Source of the DNA: Bacteroidales bacterium
Lineage (GTDB): Bacteria > Bacteroidota > Bacteroidia > Bacteroidales > UBA932
Direction of reading: 5' to 3'
Length of the DNA: 64,000 bases
Assembly (NCBI GenBank): GCA_017445755.1
Contig: JAFSSE010000030.1
Coordinates: 7,890-71,889 of the forward strand
Below, piece by piece: positions 19,893 to 29,101 of the stretch (its first letter is position 1; each line of letters opens with the position of its first letter). The position numbers and the translations under genes are program-made. A model generated the notes under the pieces. The model made no database searches and had not been told where the DNA came from. It was given only the letters and a program-made list of their open reading frames with translations.

Positions 19893-19913
19893 TTTCTGTC
19901 TATTAATTGATGG

Positions 19914-20933
19914 TTATTCTACTTCCCAGGTGGATCCGCTGTGGAGAAGGTCGTCCACGCAGTGGATCTTCGATTTCAACATGACTTCCTTGACCTGGTC
20001 GCGGACGCCGTCGTCATAGGTGACGTCCTTGACATCCCGGATAACGCCGAGGGCGACCGGGAAGTCGGGGAACTTCATGTTCGCGAGCATCATGTGGATT
20101 CCGGCGTCATGGCAATGGGCGTCATGGGTAAGGATATCATCCTCCGTAATGCCGTTCTCGCCGATGGTCACGACCTTAAGTCCGAGACCGTCGAGCATGA
20201 GTCCCTTGTTGTGGTCCTTTCCGAAGATCATCTTCTCCCCGTGGCGGAGGACGATGGTCCTGTCGGCGCGGGTCTCCGGGGCGGAGATGTCCCGGTGGGC
20301 GCCGTCATTGAAAATCACGCAGTTAGTCAGCATTTCCATGACGGAAGTTCCGTCGTGGAGGGCGGCTGCGGTCATGATCTCTTCATTGAGTTTCAGCTCC
20401 ACATCCAGCGAACGGGCGAAGAAGGTTCCCTTGGCGCCGAGGACCAGCGAACCCGGATTGAAGGGGTGCTCCACGGTGCCGTAAGGGGATGTCTTCGTAA
20501 TGGCCCCGAACTTGGAGGTCGGCGAATACTGTCCCTTCGTCAGTCCGTAAATCTGGTTGTTGAAGAGGATTATGTTGATGTCGATGTTGCGGCGGATGGC
20601 ATGGATAAAGTGGTTCCCGCCGATGGCGAGGGCATCGCCGTCGCCGCAGGCCTGCCAGACGGTCAGCTGGGGATTCGCGACCTTGATACCGGTCGAAATC
20701 GCCGTTGCACGGCCGTGGATGCTGTGGAAGCCGTAGGTATCCATATAGTACGGAAGGCGCGAGGAACAGCCGATACCGGAAACGACTACATAGCGTTCCT
20801 TCTCGTAATTAAGCGCCTGGCTTACCTTCGGAAGCGCACGCTGCAGGGCGCCGAGGACGGCATGGTCGCCGCAGCCGGGGCACCAGCGGACCTCCTGGTC
20901 CGACTTGAAATCCTTGAATGAAAGTGTTGCCAT
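19914..20933 (-). CDS. korB: 2-oxoacid:ferredoxin oxidoreductase beta subunit
   Basis: WCPGCGD, SGIGCSSR, and TPP motif GDGD...GGNH...NNQIYGLTKGQ. Confidence 0.93.
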   Translation of the reverse strand: MATLSFKDFKSDQEVRWCPGCGDHAVLGALQRALPKVSQALNYEKERYVVVSGIGCSSRLPYYMDTYGFHSIHGRATAISTGIKVANPQLTVWQACGDGDALAIGGNHFIHAIRRNIDINIILFNNQIYGLTKGQYSPTSKFGAITKTSPYGTVEHPFNPGSLVLGAKGTFFARSLDVELKLNEEIMTAAALHDGTSVMEMLTNCVIFNDGAHRDISAPETRADRTIVLRHGEKMIFGKDHNKGLMLDGLGLKVVTIGENGITEDDILTHDAHCHDAGIHMMLANMKFPDFPVALGVIRDVKDVTYDDGVRDQVKEVMLKSKIHCVDDLLHSGSTWEVE

Positions 20934-20934
20934 A

Positions 20935-22776
20935 CTAAAGCGCCTCCTTTATTGCGTCCACAATCTCGCTCACGAGGAACGGCTGACCCTGGACCTTGGT
21001 ACATTTGACGATTTCCACACCCGGATAGAGTCCGCGGAGATAATTGGCGAACTGGCCGCTGTTGAGCTCGCAGACGAGAATCTTCTCGAAGGAAGAGAGC
21101 ACCTTTCCGGTATTCGCAGGAACCGGATAGATATAGTCGAAATGGGCCCTGGAGACCTCCATGCCGGCTTTTCTCGCCTCGTCGACGGCCGAAAGGATGT
21201 GCCCGTAGGTTCCGCCCCAGCCGACTACGAGAAGCTTTCCGCTCTCGGGGCCATCGACCTCGAGGGAAGGAATGAAAGATGCAATCTTCTGGACCTTCGC
21301 CTCGCGTTCCGCCACCATGAGGGCATGGTTTGCAGGATCCGAGGAAAGGACGCCGTTATGGTTCTTCTCGAGTCCGCCAACCCTGTGTTCGAAGCCCTTC
21401 TGGCCGGGAATTGCCCAGCGGCGGACCAGCGTTTCGGGATCCCTCTCGAAGGGCTTGAATTTACCGTCCTCCGGGAGAGCCGTGGCAAACGGCGGGTTGA
21501 TGGAAGGATAATCCTTCATTGAAGGGATGAGCCAGGGCTCGCTGCCGTTCCCAAGGAAGCCCTCGGAAAGGAGGAGGACCGGGGTCATGTGCTCCAGCGC
21601 AATCTTCGCCGCCTGGAAGGCCGCGTCGAAACAGTTGGCCGGGGAATGGGCGGCGATCACCGGAATCGGGCACTCGCCGTTACGGCCGTAAAGGGCCTGG
21701 TTGAGGTCGGTCTGCTCGGTCTTCGTCGGGATGCCCGTCGAGGGGCCGGCCCGCTGGACATCGACGACGACAAGGGGCAGCTCCGCCATGACTGCAAGGC
21801 CAAGGGCCTCGGTCTTGAGGGAGAGGCCCGGACCGGAGGTGGTCGTTACCGCGAGGTCGCCTGCGTAGGCGGCTCCGATGGCGGTACATACGCCCGCAAT
21901 CTCATCCTCCGCCTGGAGGGTTTTCGCGCCCAGACTCTTGTGGATTGCGAGTTCCTCGAGGATCGCCGTGGCCGGGGTTATCGGATAGGAGCCGCAGAAA
22001 AGCGGCAGTCCGCTCTTCTCAGAGGCCGCAAGGAGACCCCAGGCGACGGCCTGGTTACCCGTGATGTTCCGGTAGGTACCCTTTTTCGGATGGGCCGGTT
22101 CGATGTGGTAAGTGTTCGGGATCATCTGGAGGTTGGCCGCATAGTTGAAGCCGTCCTTCAGGACCTTGACGTTCGGTTCGATCATCTCGGGATGCTTCTT
22201 CGAGAACTTGCCCTCAATATAGCTTGTGATATAGTCGAGCGGGCGGTCGTAGATGAAGCAGGCCATTCCGAGCGTGAACATGTTCTTGCACTTGTGGATG
22301 GACTTGAAATCCAGCCCGCTGCCGGAAAGACTCTCCTCCGTCATGGATGTAATCGGGGCGACGACAAGGACGCGGTCCTCGACATGGAGCTCCTCGAAGG
22401 GGTTGTCAGTTACGAAACCGGCTTTTTTCATACCGGACTCGTCGAAGGCGTCGCTGTCGACGATGATCATGGCGCTACGCTTGCACCACTGGGCGTTGGC
22501 CTTCAGGGCGGCGGGGTTCATGGCGACGAGGAGGTCGCAGAAATCCCCGGGGGTGTTGACGTGGTGATCGCCGATATGGACCTGGAAACCCGAAACGCCG
22601 GAAACCGTACCCTTGGGGGCGCGGATTTCGGCGGGGAAGTCAGGGAAGGTCGAAAGACCGTTTCCGAAAACGGCTGAAGTATTCGCAAAGAGAGACCCGG
22701 TGAGCTGCATACCGTCTCCCGAATCTCCCGCGAATCTGATCACTACGTCATCTGTATCAATGACTTTGTGTTCCAT
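20935..22776 (-). CDS. korA: 2-oxoacid:ferredoxin oxidoreductase alpha subunit
   Basis: FAGDSGDGMQ, YPITPA, QAEDEIA, TSGPG, QRAGPSTG. Confidence 0.93.
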   Translation of the reverse strand: MEHKVIDTDDVVIRFAGDSGDGMQLTGSLFANTSAVFGNGLSTFPDFPAEIRAPKGTVSGVSGFQVHIGDHHVNTPGDFCDLLVAMNPAALKANAQWCKRSAMIIVDSDAFDESGMKKAGFVTDNPFEELHVEDRVLVVAPITSMTEESLSGSGLDFKSIHKCKNMFTLGMACFIYDRPLDYITSYIEGKFSKKHPEMIEPNVKVLKDGFNYAANLQMIPNTYHIEPAHPKKGTYRNITGNQAVAWGLLAASEKSGLPLFCGSYPITPATAILEELAIHKSLGAKTLQAEDEIAGVCTAIGAAYAGDLAVTTTSGPGLSLKTEALGLAVMAELPLVVVDVQRAGPSTGIPTKTEQTDLNQALYGRNGECPIPVIAAHSPANCFDAAFQAAKIALEHMTPVLLLSEGFLGNGSEPWLIPSMKDYPSINPPFATALPEDGKFKPFERDPETLVRRWAIPGQKGFEHRVGGLEKNHNGVLSSDPANHALMVAEREAKVQKIASFIPSLEVDGPESGKLLVVGWGGTYGHILSAVDEARKAGMEVSRAHFDYIYPVPANTGKVLSSFEKILVCELNSGQFANYLRGLYPGVEIVKCTKVQGQPFLVSEIVDAIKEAL

Positions 22777-22797
22777 TATTAGTATTTTAATTGTCTG

Positions 22798-23355
22798 CTA
22801 CCTGGCGTTCTGCTGCTGGGCCTGGAGTTCCTCCTGGAGGGTCTGGAGGGTACGTCCTTCGGCGATACCGAGGGCCTTGCGGGCCTCGGCGGTGAGGTCG
22901 ACCGTAGTCGCAGGGTCAAACCAGTATGCCTGCTGGGAATCCATCACGATGGTGAGACCCTGGGCCTTTGCAAGCTCCTTGACAGCGTTCATGGCCTTCT
23001 CCTGGATGGGGGCCATAAGTTCGTTCTGCTTCTGCTGGATTTCCTGCTGGAATGTCTGCTGAGACTCCTGGAGACGGTTCTGGATATCCATAAGCTCCTT
23101 CTCCTTCGCCTCCTTTATGGCAGGGGTCCAGGAAGAGCTCTTCTGCTGGTACTGGGTCGCCTTGGTCTGGTATTCCTCATACATGCTCTGCAGCGTCTCG
23201 TCGGCTTCCTTGCTGACGGCCTGGAGGGTCGTGCGGGCGGCATCCGCCTCGGGCATGAGCTGGACAAGTTCTGAGAAATTGACGTGGCCGATCTTCTGGG
23301 CGGACGCGGAGAGCGTCAGAAGCGCCGCGGCGGCGACAAGGATAATTTTTTTCAT
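22798..23355 (-). CDS. skp: OmpH/Skp periplasmic chaperone
   Basis: Signal peptide then QKIGHVN; coiled coil; downstream of bamA. Confidence 0.88.
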   Translation of the reverse strand: MKKIILVAAAALLTLSASAQKIGHVNFSELVQLMPEADAARTTLQAVSKEADETLQSMYEEYQTKATQYQQKSSSWTPAIKEAKEKELMDIQNRLQESQQTFQQEIQQKQNELMAPIQEKAMNAVKELAKAQGLTIVMDSQQAYWFDPATTVDLTAEARKALGIAEGRTLQTLQEELQAQQQNAR

Positions 23356-23385
23356 GGTGAATATTAATTTATTAGCGTTTCTGTT

Positions 23386-25977
23386 CTAGAACTGTTGACC
23401 GATAAGGAAGTGGAACTGGCTGCCTCCGTAGGTAGAATCATCGAAGCCGTAACCCCAGTCGACGCCGAGGAGACCGATCATCGGCAGGAAGACCCTGACG
23501 CCGACACCGGCGGAGCGCTTGATCTGGAGCGGGTTGAAGTTGCGGATGTCAGACCAGCAGTTACCTCCCTCAAGGAAGCCGAGCACGAAAATCGTGGACT
23601 GCGGCTGGAGAATCACCGGGTAACGCAGTTCGACTGTGAACTTGTCGTACACGTTGCCGGCGTAGCTGTAGCCGTTGGAACTGTACGGGGTCAGTTCCTG
23701 GGGCGTCAGCGAGTAGTTGGTATAACCGCGGAGGGAGATGATATCGGAGCCGTAAGTGTTGTAGCCCGTCATACCGTCACCGCCGACGAGGAAGCCCTCG
23801 AACGGGGAATAACCCCAGTTGCGGTTGTAATATCCGAGGTACCCGAACTGGGCACGAGTCATGAGAACGAAGTCGAGGTTGTCGAAAAGCTTCGTATATA
23901 CAGCGCCGGAGAACTTCCATTTGTGGTATTCAATCCACTTGTAGCGCTGCTGGGAAGTCCAGTTGTCATATTTGATATCCTTCCAGTTATCCACGGCAAT
24001 CTTGTTTCCGGAAGCGTCGTAGGAGTGTTTCCGGAAGAGGGAATAAGGCGGAGTCAGCTGGAGGGACAGTGAGAAGTCCGAGCCGGAACGGGGATAAATC
24101 TGCTGGTCGGAGGAGTTTCGGCTGAGCGAGACCTGGTAACTGAAGTTGTTGGAGAGGCCGTCGTTGAACATGAAATAGCCGCTCATCCAGTTTGTAAGCC
24201 GATAAGTCTGCCAACTGAGGGAATTGTAGAGGACAAAGTAGTTGTCCGGCCACTTGAGCCGCTTGCCGATTCCCGCGTTGAAACCATATACCTCATACAT
24301 CTTGTCCGTAGAGAGGATACCGATGGTAAGGTTAGAGTCGGTCATACGGGTATAATAGCCCGAGAGCGAGAGGGAGGTCGGCCGCTTTCCGAAGAGCCAG
24401 GGCTCCACGAAACTCGCGGAGATTGCGGTATAGTACTTTCCGTTCGTCTGGAAACGGAAGGCGAGATTCTGGGCGTCGCCGAGCGGAACAGGGCGCCAGG
24501 CGCTCTTGTCCCGGATGCGGGCGGTCGAGAAGTTATTGAAGCTGACGCCCGCGGTTGCGACAAAGGTATTGCCGCCCCAGCCGCCGGAAAGTTCCAGCTG
24601 GGAGGAGGGTTTCTCAGTAACGTTGTAAACTATGTCGACGGTGTTGTTCAGCTGGTTCGGAAGGATGGAATAACCCGTGGAGGCATCCGTAATGGCTTCC
24701 GGGTCGAACTGGCCAAGGGAGGCGATTTCACGGATGGAACGCTCGAAGTCGGTCTGGCTGAAGAGGTAGCCCGGACGGGTGAAGACCTGGCGGCGTACGA
24801 CCTTTTCGGAGGTCAGGTCGTTGCCGTTGATGATAATGTTGTTGAGGGTCGCGGACTTGCCTTCCGAAATTCTCATCTCGACGTCCACGGAGTCGTTCTG
24901 GATATTGATTTCAACGGGGGTGACACTGAAGAACAGGTACCCGTTGTCGCGGTAGAGCTTGGAAATGTCCCAGTCGCCCTGCTTTCCGCCGCCATAGAGG
25001 CGTTTGTTCATGGTCACGACATCGTAAACATCGCCCTTCTTAATCTGGAGAATCTGGTTGAGGGCTTCCGAGGTATAGACAGAATTGCCGGTCCAGGTAA
25101 TGTTCCTGAAATAGTACTTCTTCCCCTCGTCGAACTCGAGGTCGATGGCGAGGCGGTTGTCTTCGACATAATAAACCGAGTCGCGCACGAGACGCGCGTC
25201 CCGGTAGCCCGCCTCGTTGAATTTCTCGAGGGCGGATTTTTTGTCGTTGACGTATTCTTTCTCGTTGAATTTCTTGCTGGAGAAGAAGTTATAGAACTTA
25301 TTCGACTTCGTCTTTTTCATCGAACGGGCCAGCTTGAAGTCGGAGACATCGTCGTTGCCGATGAAATTGATGTCCCTGATCTTGATTTTCGGTCCCTTGT
25401 CGATTGCGAAGTTTACGCGGATTGCCTTCCGGATAACCGAGTCGCGCTCGGTCTGGACATCGACATTGCACTGCAGGAAACCTTTTTCCTTGTAGTAGCG
25501 CTTGATGATATCGACGGAAGTCATCTTCACATATTCGTTGAATGAACGTCCGGGACGGAGGTTCAGCCGCTCCTGGAGCTCTTTCTTATCAGAATTCTTA
25601 ATTCCGGAATAGGTCCACTTCGAGACCCTCGGATATTCCTTGATGATGATTTTCAGCCAGCAGGTGTCCTGGGCGACACTGAGCGAATCGACGACGAGAG
25701 CGACGTCCTCGAAATAGCGCTGGGCCCAGATCCGGTCGATGATTCCCGACATCTCGTCGGAAGGGACCGTAATCTCCATCCCCTTCTGCAGGCCGCTCAG
25801 GTTGACAATCTGGGAGGCCTGGAAATAATCGTTCCCCTCTACGCCAATCCCGCCGACGATATACTTCTGCGGCGAGGCGTAATTAATTTCGATGTCGCTG
25901 CGGGAGCTCTGGGCCGTCGCCGAAAGGGACGGGAGCGCCAGCAGGGCCGCAAAAACCATATGTCTGAACTTCATCAT
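23386..25977 (-). CDS. bamA: Outer membrane protein assembly factor BamA
   Basis: POTRA repeats, LRGY loop-6 motif, C-terminal GSQFHFLIGQQF; follows uppS. Confidence 0.95.
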   Translation of the reverse strand: MMKFRHMVFAALLALPSLSATAQSSRSDIEINYASPQKYIVGGIGVEGNDYFQASQIVNLSGLQKGMEITVPSDEMSGIIDRIWAQRYFEDVALVVDSLSVAQDTCWLKIIIKEYPRVSKWTYSGIKNSDKKELQERLNLRPGRSFNEYVKMTSVDIIKRYYKEKGFLQCNVDVQTERDSVIRKAIRVNFAIDKGPKIKIRDINFIGNDDVSDFKLARSMKKTKSNKFYNFFSSKKFNEKEYVNDKKSALEKFNEAGYRDARLVRDSVYYVEDNRLAIDLEFDEGKKYYFRNITWTGNSVYTSEALNQILQIKKGDVYDVVTMNKRLYGGGKQGDWDISKLYRDNGYLFFSVTPVEINIQNDSVDVEMRISEGKSATLNNIIINGNDLTSEKVVRRQVFTRPGYLFSQTDFERSIREIASLGQFDPEAITDASTGYSILPNQLNNTVDIVYNVTEKPSSQLELSGGWGGNTFVATAGVSFNNFSTARIRDKSAWRPVPLGDAQNLAFRFQTNGKYYTAISASFVEPWLFGKRPTSLSLSGYYTRMTDSNLTIGILSTDKMYEVYGFNAGIGKRLKWPDNYFVLYNSLSWQTYRLTNWMSGYFMFNDGLSNNFSYQVSLSRNSSDQQIYPRSGSDFSLSLQLTPPYSLFRKHSYDASGNKIAVDNWKDIKYDNWTSQQRYKWIEYHKWKFSGAVYTKLFDNLDFVLMTRAQFGYLGYYNRNWGYSPFEGFLVGGDGMTGYNTYGSDIISLRGYTNYSLTPQELTPYSSNGYSYAGNVYDKFTVELRYPVILQPQSTIFVLGFLEGGNCWSDIRNFNPLQIKRSAGVGVRVFLPMIGLLGVDWGYGFDDSTYGGSQFHFLIGQQF

Positions 25978-25994
25978 TTCGCTCTTTGAATCTG

Positions 25995-26002
25995 CAAATA
26001 TA
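25995..26002 (-). promoter_or_regulatory. Bacteroidota sigma-A -7 box for bamA
   Basis: TATATTTG on the minus strand (consensus TAnnTTTG). Confidence 0.55.
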
Positions 26003-26008
26003 ATGGTT

Positions 26009-26719
26009 TTATTTCACTTTTCCATACCTGCGGTCTCTCCGTGCATACTCATCCAGGGCTGCACGGAAGGCCTCTTTGCGGAAATCGGGCCAGAGAATGT
26101 CGGTAAAATAAAATTCCGAATATGCCGTCTGCCAGAGAAGGTAATTGCTGATTCGCTCCTCCCCGGAGGTCCGGATAAGGAGGTCCGGGTCCGGAATTCC
26201 AGCGGTAACAAGCAGATCTCCAAATTCTTCCGCACTTGCCTCAGGGAGCTCATCAGCCCTGTCCCTATACTTCAGCGCAAGCTTTTTCGCCGCCTGGAGA
26301 ATATCCCACTTTCCGCTGTAACTGAGGAATAGGATAAGGGTCAGCCGGGTATTTCCGGCAGTTTCCTCCATCATCTCATCGATGGTCGCGTTCAGGGAAG
26401 AAGAGAGCCGCTCCCGGTTTCCAAGGACTACGAAACGGACCCCGTTATCCATGAAAGTCCGGTACTCGTTTTTCATCGAGCGCATCATCAGCTCCATGAG
26501 ACCATTGACCTCGGCATCCGGACGGCCCCAGTTTTCCTCCGAGAAGGCGAAGAGGGAGAGGTACTCAATCCCCTCCTCAACCGCTGCCTCAGTACAGGCA
26601 CGGACGCTTTCGACCCCTTCGAAGTGGCCGAAAATCCGTTCCTTGCCCCTTTCCCGGGCCCATCTGCCATTGCCGTCCATGATTATGGAGACATGGCGCG
26701 GAATCCTTTTTTCCTCCAT
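26009..26719 (-). CDS. uppS: Undecaprenyl/isoprenyl diphosphate synthase
   Basis: IMDGNGRWA, FS.ENW.R, PDLLIRTSGE.RISNYLLWQ. Confidence 0.96.
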   Translation of the reverse strand: MEEKRIPRHVSIIMDGNGRWARERGKERIFGHFEGVESVRACTEAAVEEGIEYLSLFAFSEENWGRPDAEVNGLMELMMRSMKNEYRTFMDNGVRFVVLGNRERLSSSLNATIDEMMEETAGNTRLTLILFLSYSGKWDILQAAKKLALKYRDRADELPEASAEEFGDLLVTAGIPDPDLLIRTSGEERISNYLLWQTAYSEFYFTDILWPDFRKEAFRAALDEYARRDRRYGKVK

Positions 26720-27537
26720 TATCTAGAATTTCTGATATCCTCGCCCCAGAACAGTTTCTCGGTAAGTGCCTTTACGAATCCGGAGCGCGGAAGCCGGACT
26801 CTCTTTAGCGAAAACTGTGCCATGGAAACTTCGAATACGAGACCGCTGCCGGAGATGGCGCTGCGGTTGTCCACAGAGAGCATTACTTCGGGATCCCTGG
26901 AGAAAACCCGGATCCCTATCCGGGACGTATCCGGCACCACCAGCGGCCGGACATTCAGGTTATGAGGAGCTACCGGAGCTATGATAAGAACCCTGGTATC
27001 CGGCATGCAGATAGGGCCTCCGGCGCTTAAGGAATAGGCCGTCGAGCCGGAAGAAGTCGCGACCAGCAGGCCGTCCGCCCAGAATTCGGGGAGATCCGCC
27101 CCATCTACGGTGACCTGGATTCCGAGAACGGAGGCGCCGTGGCGGTGGACGCTGACCTCGTTGAGGGCATAGGGGTACATGTCCCCGGGAAGGGATTCCC
27201 CGTCGGAACGGACTGAAAGAAGGCTCCTTTCTTCAATTTCGTATTTTCCCTCCAAAAGGGCTTCAGCAACGTCCTCGGGGGCATTTTCGGAAAGGAATCC
27301 GAGGCGTCCGAGGTTAACTCCGAGAACCGGAATGCCCCGGTCGCCGACCCGCTTGGAGGCGGAAAGGAAGGTCCCGTCGCCGCCGACGCTGAGAAGGAGG
27401 TCGGTCCCCTCGCGGATATCTTCGGAGCGTTCGATATCATACAGCTCGCAGCCACCACCAAGCAACTGCTCTTCCAGTCGCTTCAGCCGGGAATCACCCT
27501 TCAAATCAGGTTTCTTTACGTATATAGCTATTCTCAT
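26719..27537 (-). CDS. nadK: NAD(+) kinase
   Basis: GGDGT, N.GRLGFL, NE, DGLLVAT..GSTAYSLSAGGP. Confidence 0.95.
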   Translation of the reverse strand: MRIAIYVKKPDLKGDSRLKRLEEQLLGGGCELYDIERSEDIREGTDLLLSVGGDGTFLSASKRVGDRGIPVLGVNLGRLGFLSENAPEDVAEALLEGKYEIEERSLLSVRSDGESLPGDMYPYALNEVSVHRHGASVLGIQVTVDGADLPEFWADGLLVATSSGSTAYSLSAGGPICMPDTRVLIIAPVAPHNLNVRPLVVPDTSRIGIRVFSRDPEVMLSVDNRSAISGSGLVFEVSMAQFSLKRVRLPRSGFVKALTEKLFWGEDIRNSR

Positions 27538-27549
27538 ACTCTACCTCTT

Positions 27550-27650
27550 GAATAAGCTGCTTTTGCTTTCCGTGACGCCTCCGCTTCGCTTCGGCCCCTC
27601 TTACATGGCCGAGGGTGGCCATGGTCACGGAATAGCAAAACAGCTTATTC
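27550..27650. repeat. 101-bp inverted-repeat element (27-bp arms) in the predicted nadK 5' UTR
   Basis: GAATAAGCTGCTTTTGCTTTCCGTGAC ... GTCACGGAATAGCAAAACAGCTTATTC, near-perfect with two 1-nt bulges. Confidence 0.8.
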
Positions 27651-27665
27651 CAGTTATAAAACTTT

Positions 27666-27704
27666 CAAAGGTAATATTTTTTTACGGAATAAGTGCTATT
27701 TTTG
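27666..27704. promoter_or_regulatory. Divergent sigma-A -7 boxes for nadK (minus, 27666-27673) and pdxJ (plus, 27697-27704)
   Basis: TACCTTTG (minus) and TATTTTTG (plus). Confidence 0.6.
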
Positions 27705-27726
27705 CAATGTACAATTGACAGTAGTT

Positions 27727-28446
27727 ATGACTCGGCTAAGTGTAAACATCAACAAAATAGCGACGCTCCGGAATGCCCGCGGGGGCAACCTTCCGGACGT
27801 CCAAAAGGCGGCCCTCGACATAGAGGGCTTCGGCGCGGAAGGGATCACGGTCCACCCGAGGCCGGACGAAAGGCATATCCGCTACTCAGACGTACGGAGT
27901 ATCCGCCCGCTCGTCAAAACCGAATTCAACATCGAAGGGAACCCGATTCCCGCGTTCCGGGACCTTGTCCTGGAGGTGGTTCCGGACCAGGTCACACTCG
28001 TTCCGGACGGCCCGGACGCCCTTACCTCGAACGCCGGATGGGATACCTTCACAAACAGGGACTTTCTCCGCCATGTAGTCTCTGAATTCAAGGCCAAGGG
28101 TATCCGGACCTCCATTTTCATCGACCCGGACCCGAGGATGGCGGAAGGGGCCTTCCTCTGCGGAGCCGACCGGGTCGAACTCTACACCGCCGGCTATGCC
28201 GAGAACTTCCCCGCAGACTCCGAAAAGGCGATTGAACCCTATGTCCAGACGGCCGAGGCCGTCAGGAAACTCGGACTGGGACTCAACGCGGGCCATGACC
28301 TCAACCTCGACAATCTCAATTACTTTATCCGCCGGATTCCATGGACCGACGAGGTCTCAATCGGACACGCCCTCATTTCGGATGCCCTCTACATGGGACT
28401 CGAAGCAACAATTCAGGCATATCTTTCGGAAATCCGGAAAAAATAA
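27727..28446 (+). CDS. pdxJ: Pyridoxine 5'-phosphate synthase
   Basis: [43 protein letters not shown]. Confidence 0.96.
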   Translation: MTRLSVNINKIATLRNARGGNLPDVQKAALDIEGFGAEGITVHPRPDERHIRYSDVRSIRPLVKTEFNIEGNPIPAFRDLVLEVVPDQVTLVPDGPDALTSNAGWDTFTNRDFLRHVVSEFKAKGIRTSIFIDPDPRMAEGAFLCGADRVELYTAGYAENFPADSEKAIEPYVQTAEAVRKLGLGLNAGHDLNLDNLNYFIRRIPWTDEVSIGHALISDALYMGLEATIQAYLSEIRKK

Positions 28447-28492
28447 GTAATTTTGCATGTTTCACCGATTATTGAACAAAAGTTAAAGATAC

Positions 28493-29101
28493 ATGAAAAA
28501 ATCCATCCTCTTCGGTGCGGCCGTCGTCCTGGCCATCACCCTCTCCGGCTGCAAACAGACCGGATCAACCGCAGCTCCCGCCGAAACCAAGGCAGACACT
28601 ACCGCTGTGGCAGGAAGCATCGTCTACTTCAATATTGACAAGGTCATGCAGGGCTATGACATGGCCAACGACCTCCGCAGCGTCGTAGAAACCAAGGTAG
28701 GCGGCATCCAGTCCGAAATCGACCGCCGTGGCAAGAAGCTCAACAAGGACCTGACCGATTTCCAGCAGAAGATTGACAAGGGGCTCCTCACCCGCAGCGT
28801 CGCCGAGGCACAGAGCCAGAAACTCCAGCAACAGCAGCAGCAGTACCAGCAGTACGCGATGCAGAAGCAGCAGGAGATCAACGAGGAGCAGACCGTGATG
28901 CTCAACCAGATCATGGATGCGATCAATACCTATGTCCAGAGCTTCAACGAGGAGAGGCAGTATGCCATGATCCTCGCGACCTCCGGAGAAATCCTCACGA
29001 CCCCCGTGGTCGCAGGTCTCTCCAACCTGGACATCACCGACGAACTCCTTGAGGGACTCAACAACGAGTACATCAAGACAAAGAGCGCCGAAAAGAAATA
29101 A
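28493..29101 (+). CDS. OmpH/Skp-like protein with lipoprotein signal
   Basis: LSG-C lipobox; IVYFNIDKV; Gln-rich coiled coil; DITDE.L..LN..Y C-terminus; own -7 box TAATTTTG at 28448-28455. Confidence 0.78.
   Translation: MKKSILFGAAVVLAITLSGCKQTGSTAAPAETKADTTAVAGSIVYFNIDKVMQGYDMANDLRSVVETKVGGIQSEIDRRGKKLNKDLTDFQQKIDKGLLTRSVAEAQSQKLQQQQQQYQQYAMQKQQEINEEQTVMLNQIMDAINTYVQSFNEERQYAMILATSGEILTTPVVAGLSNLDITDELLEGLNNEYIKTKSAEKK

Noticed and set aside
18525-19910. 461-aa ORF antisense to gdhA, and similar long antisense ORFs over susC/D, korAB, pnp and ppdK
   Set aside because: These are shadow ORFs produced by GC-rich codon bias in highly expressed genes. They have no recognisable motifs and fully overlap confident genes.
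28820-28875. CAG-rich poly-Gln run as a phase-variable microsatellite
   Set aside because: It is interrupted, in-frame and typical of OmpH coiled coils.
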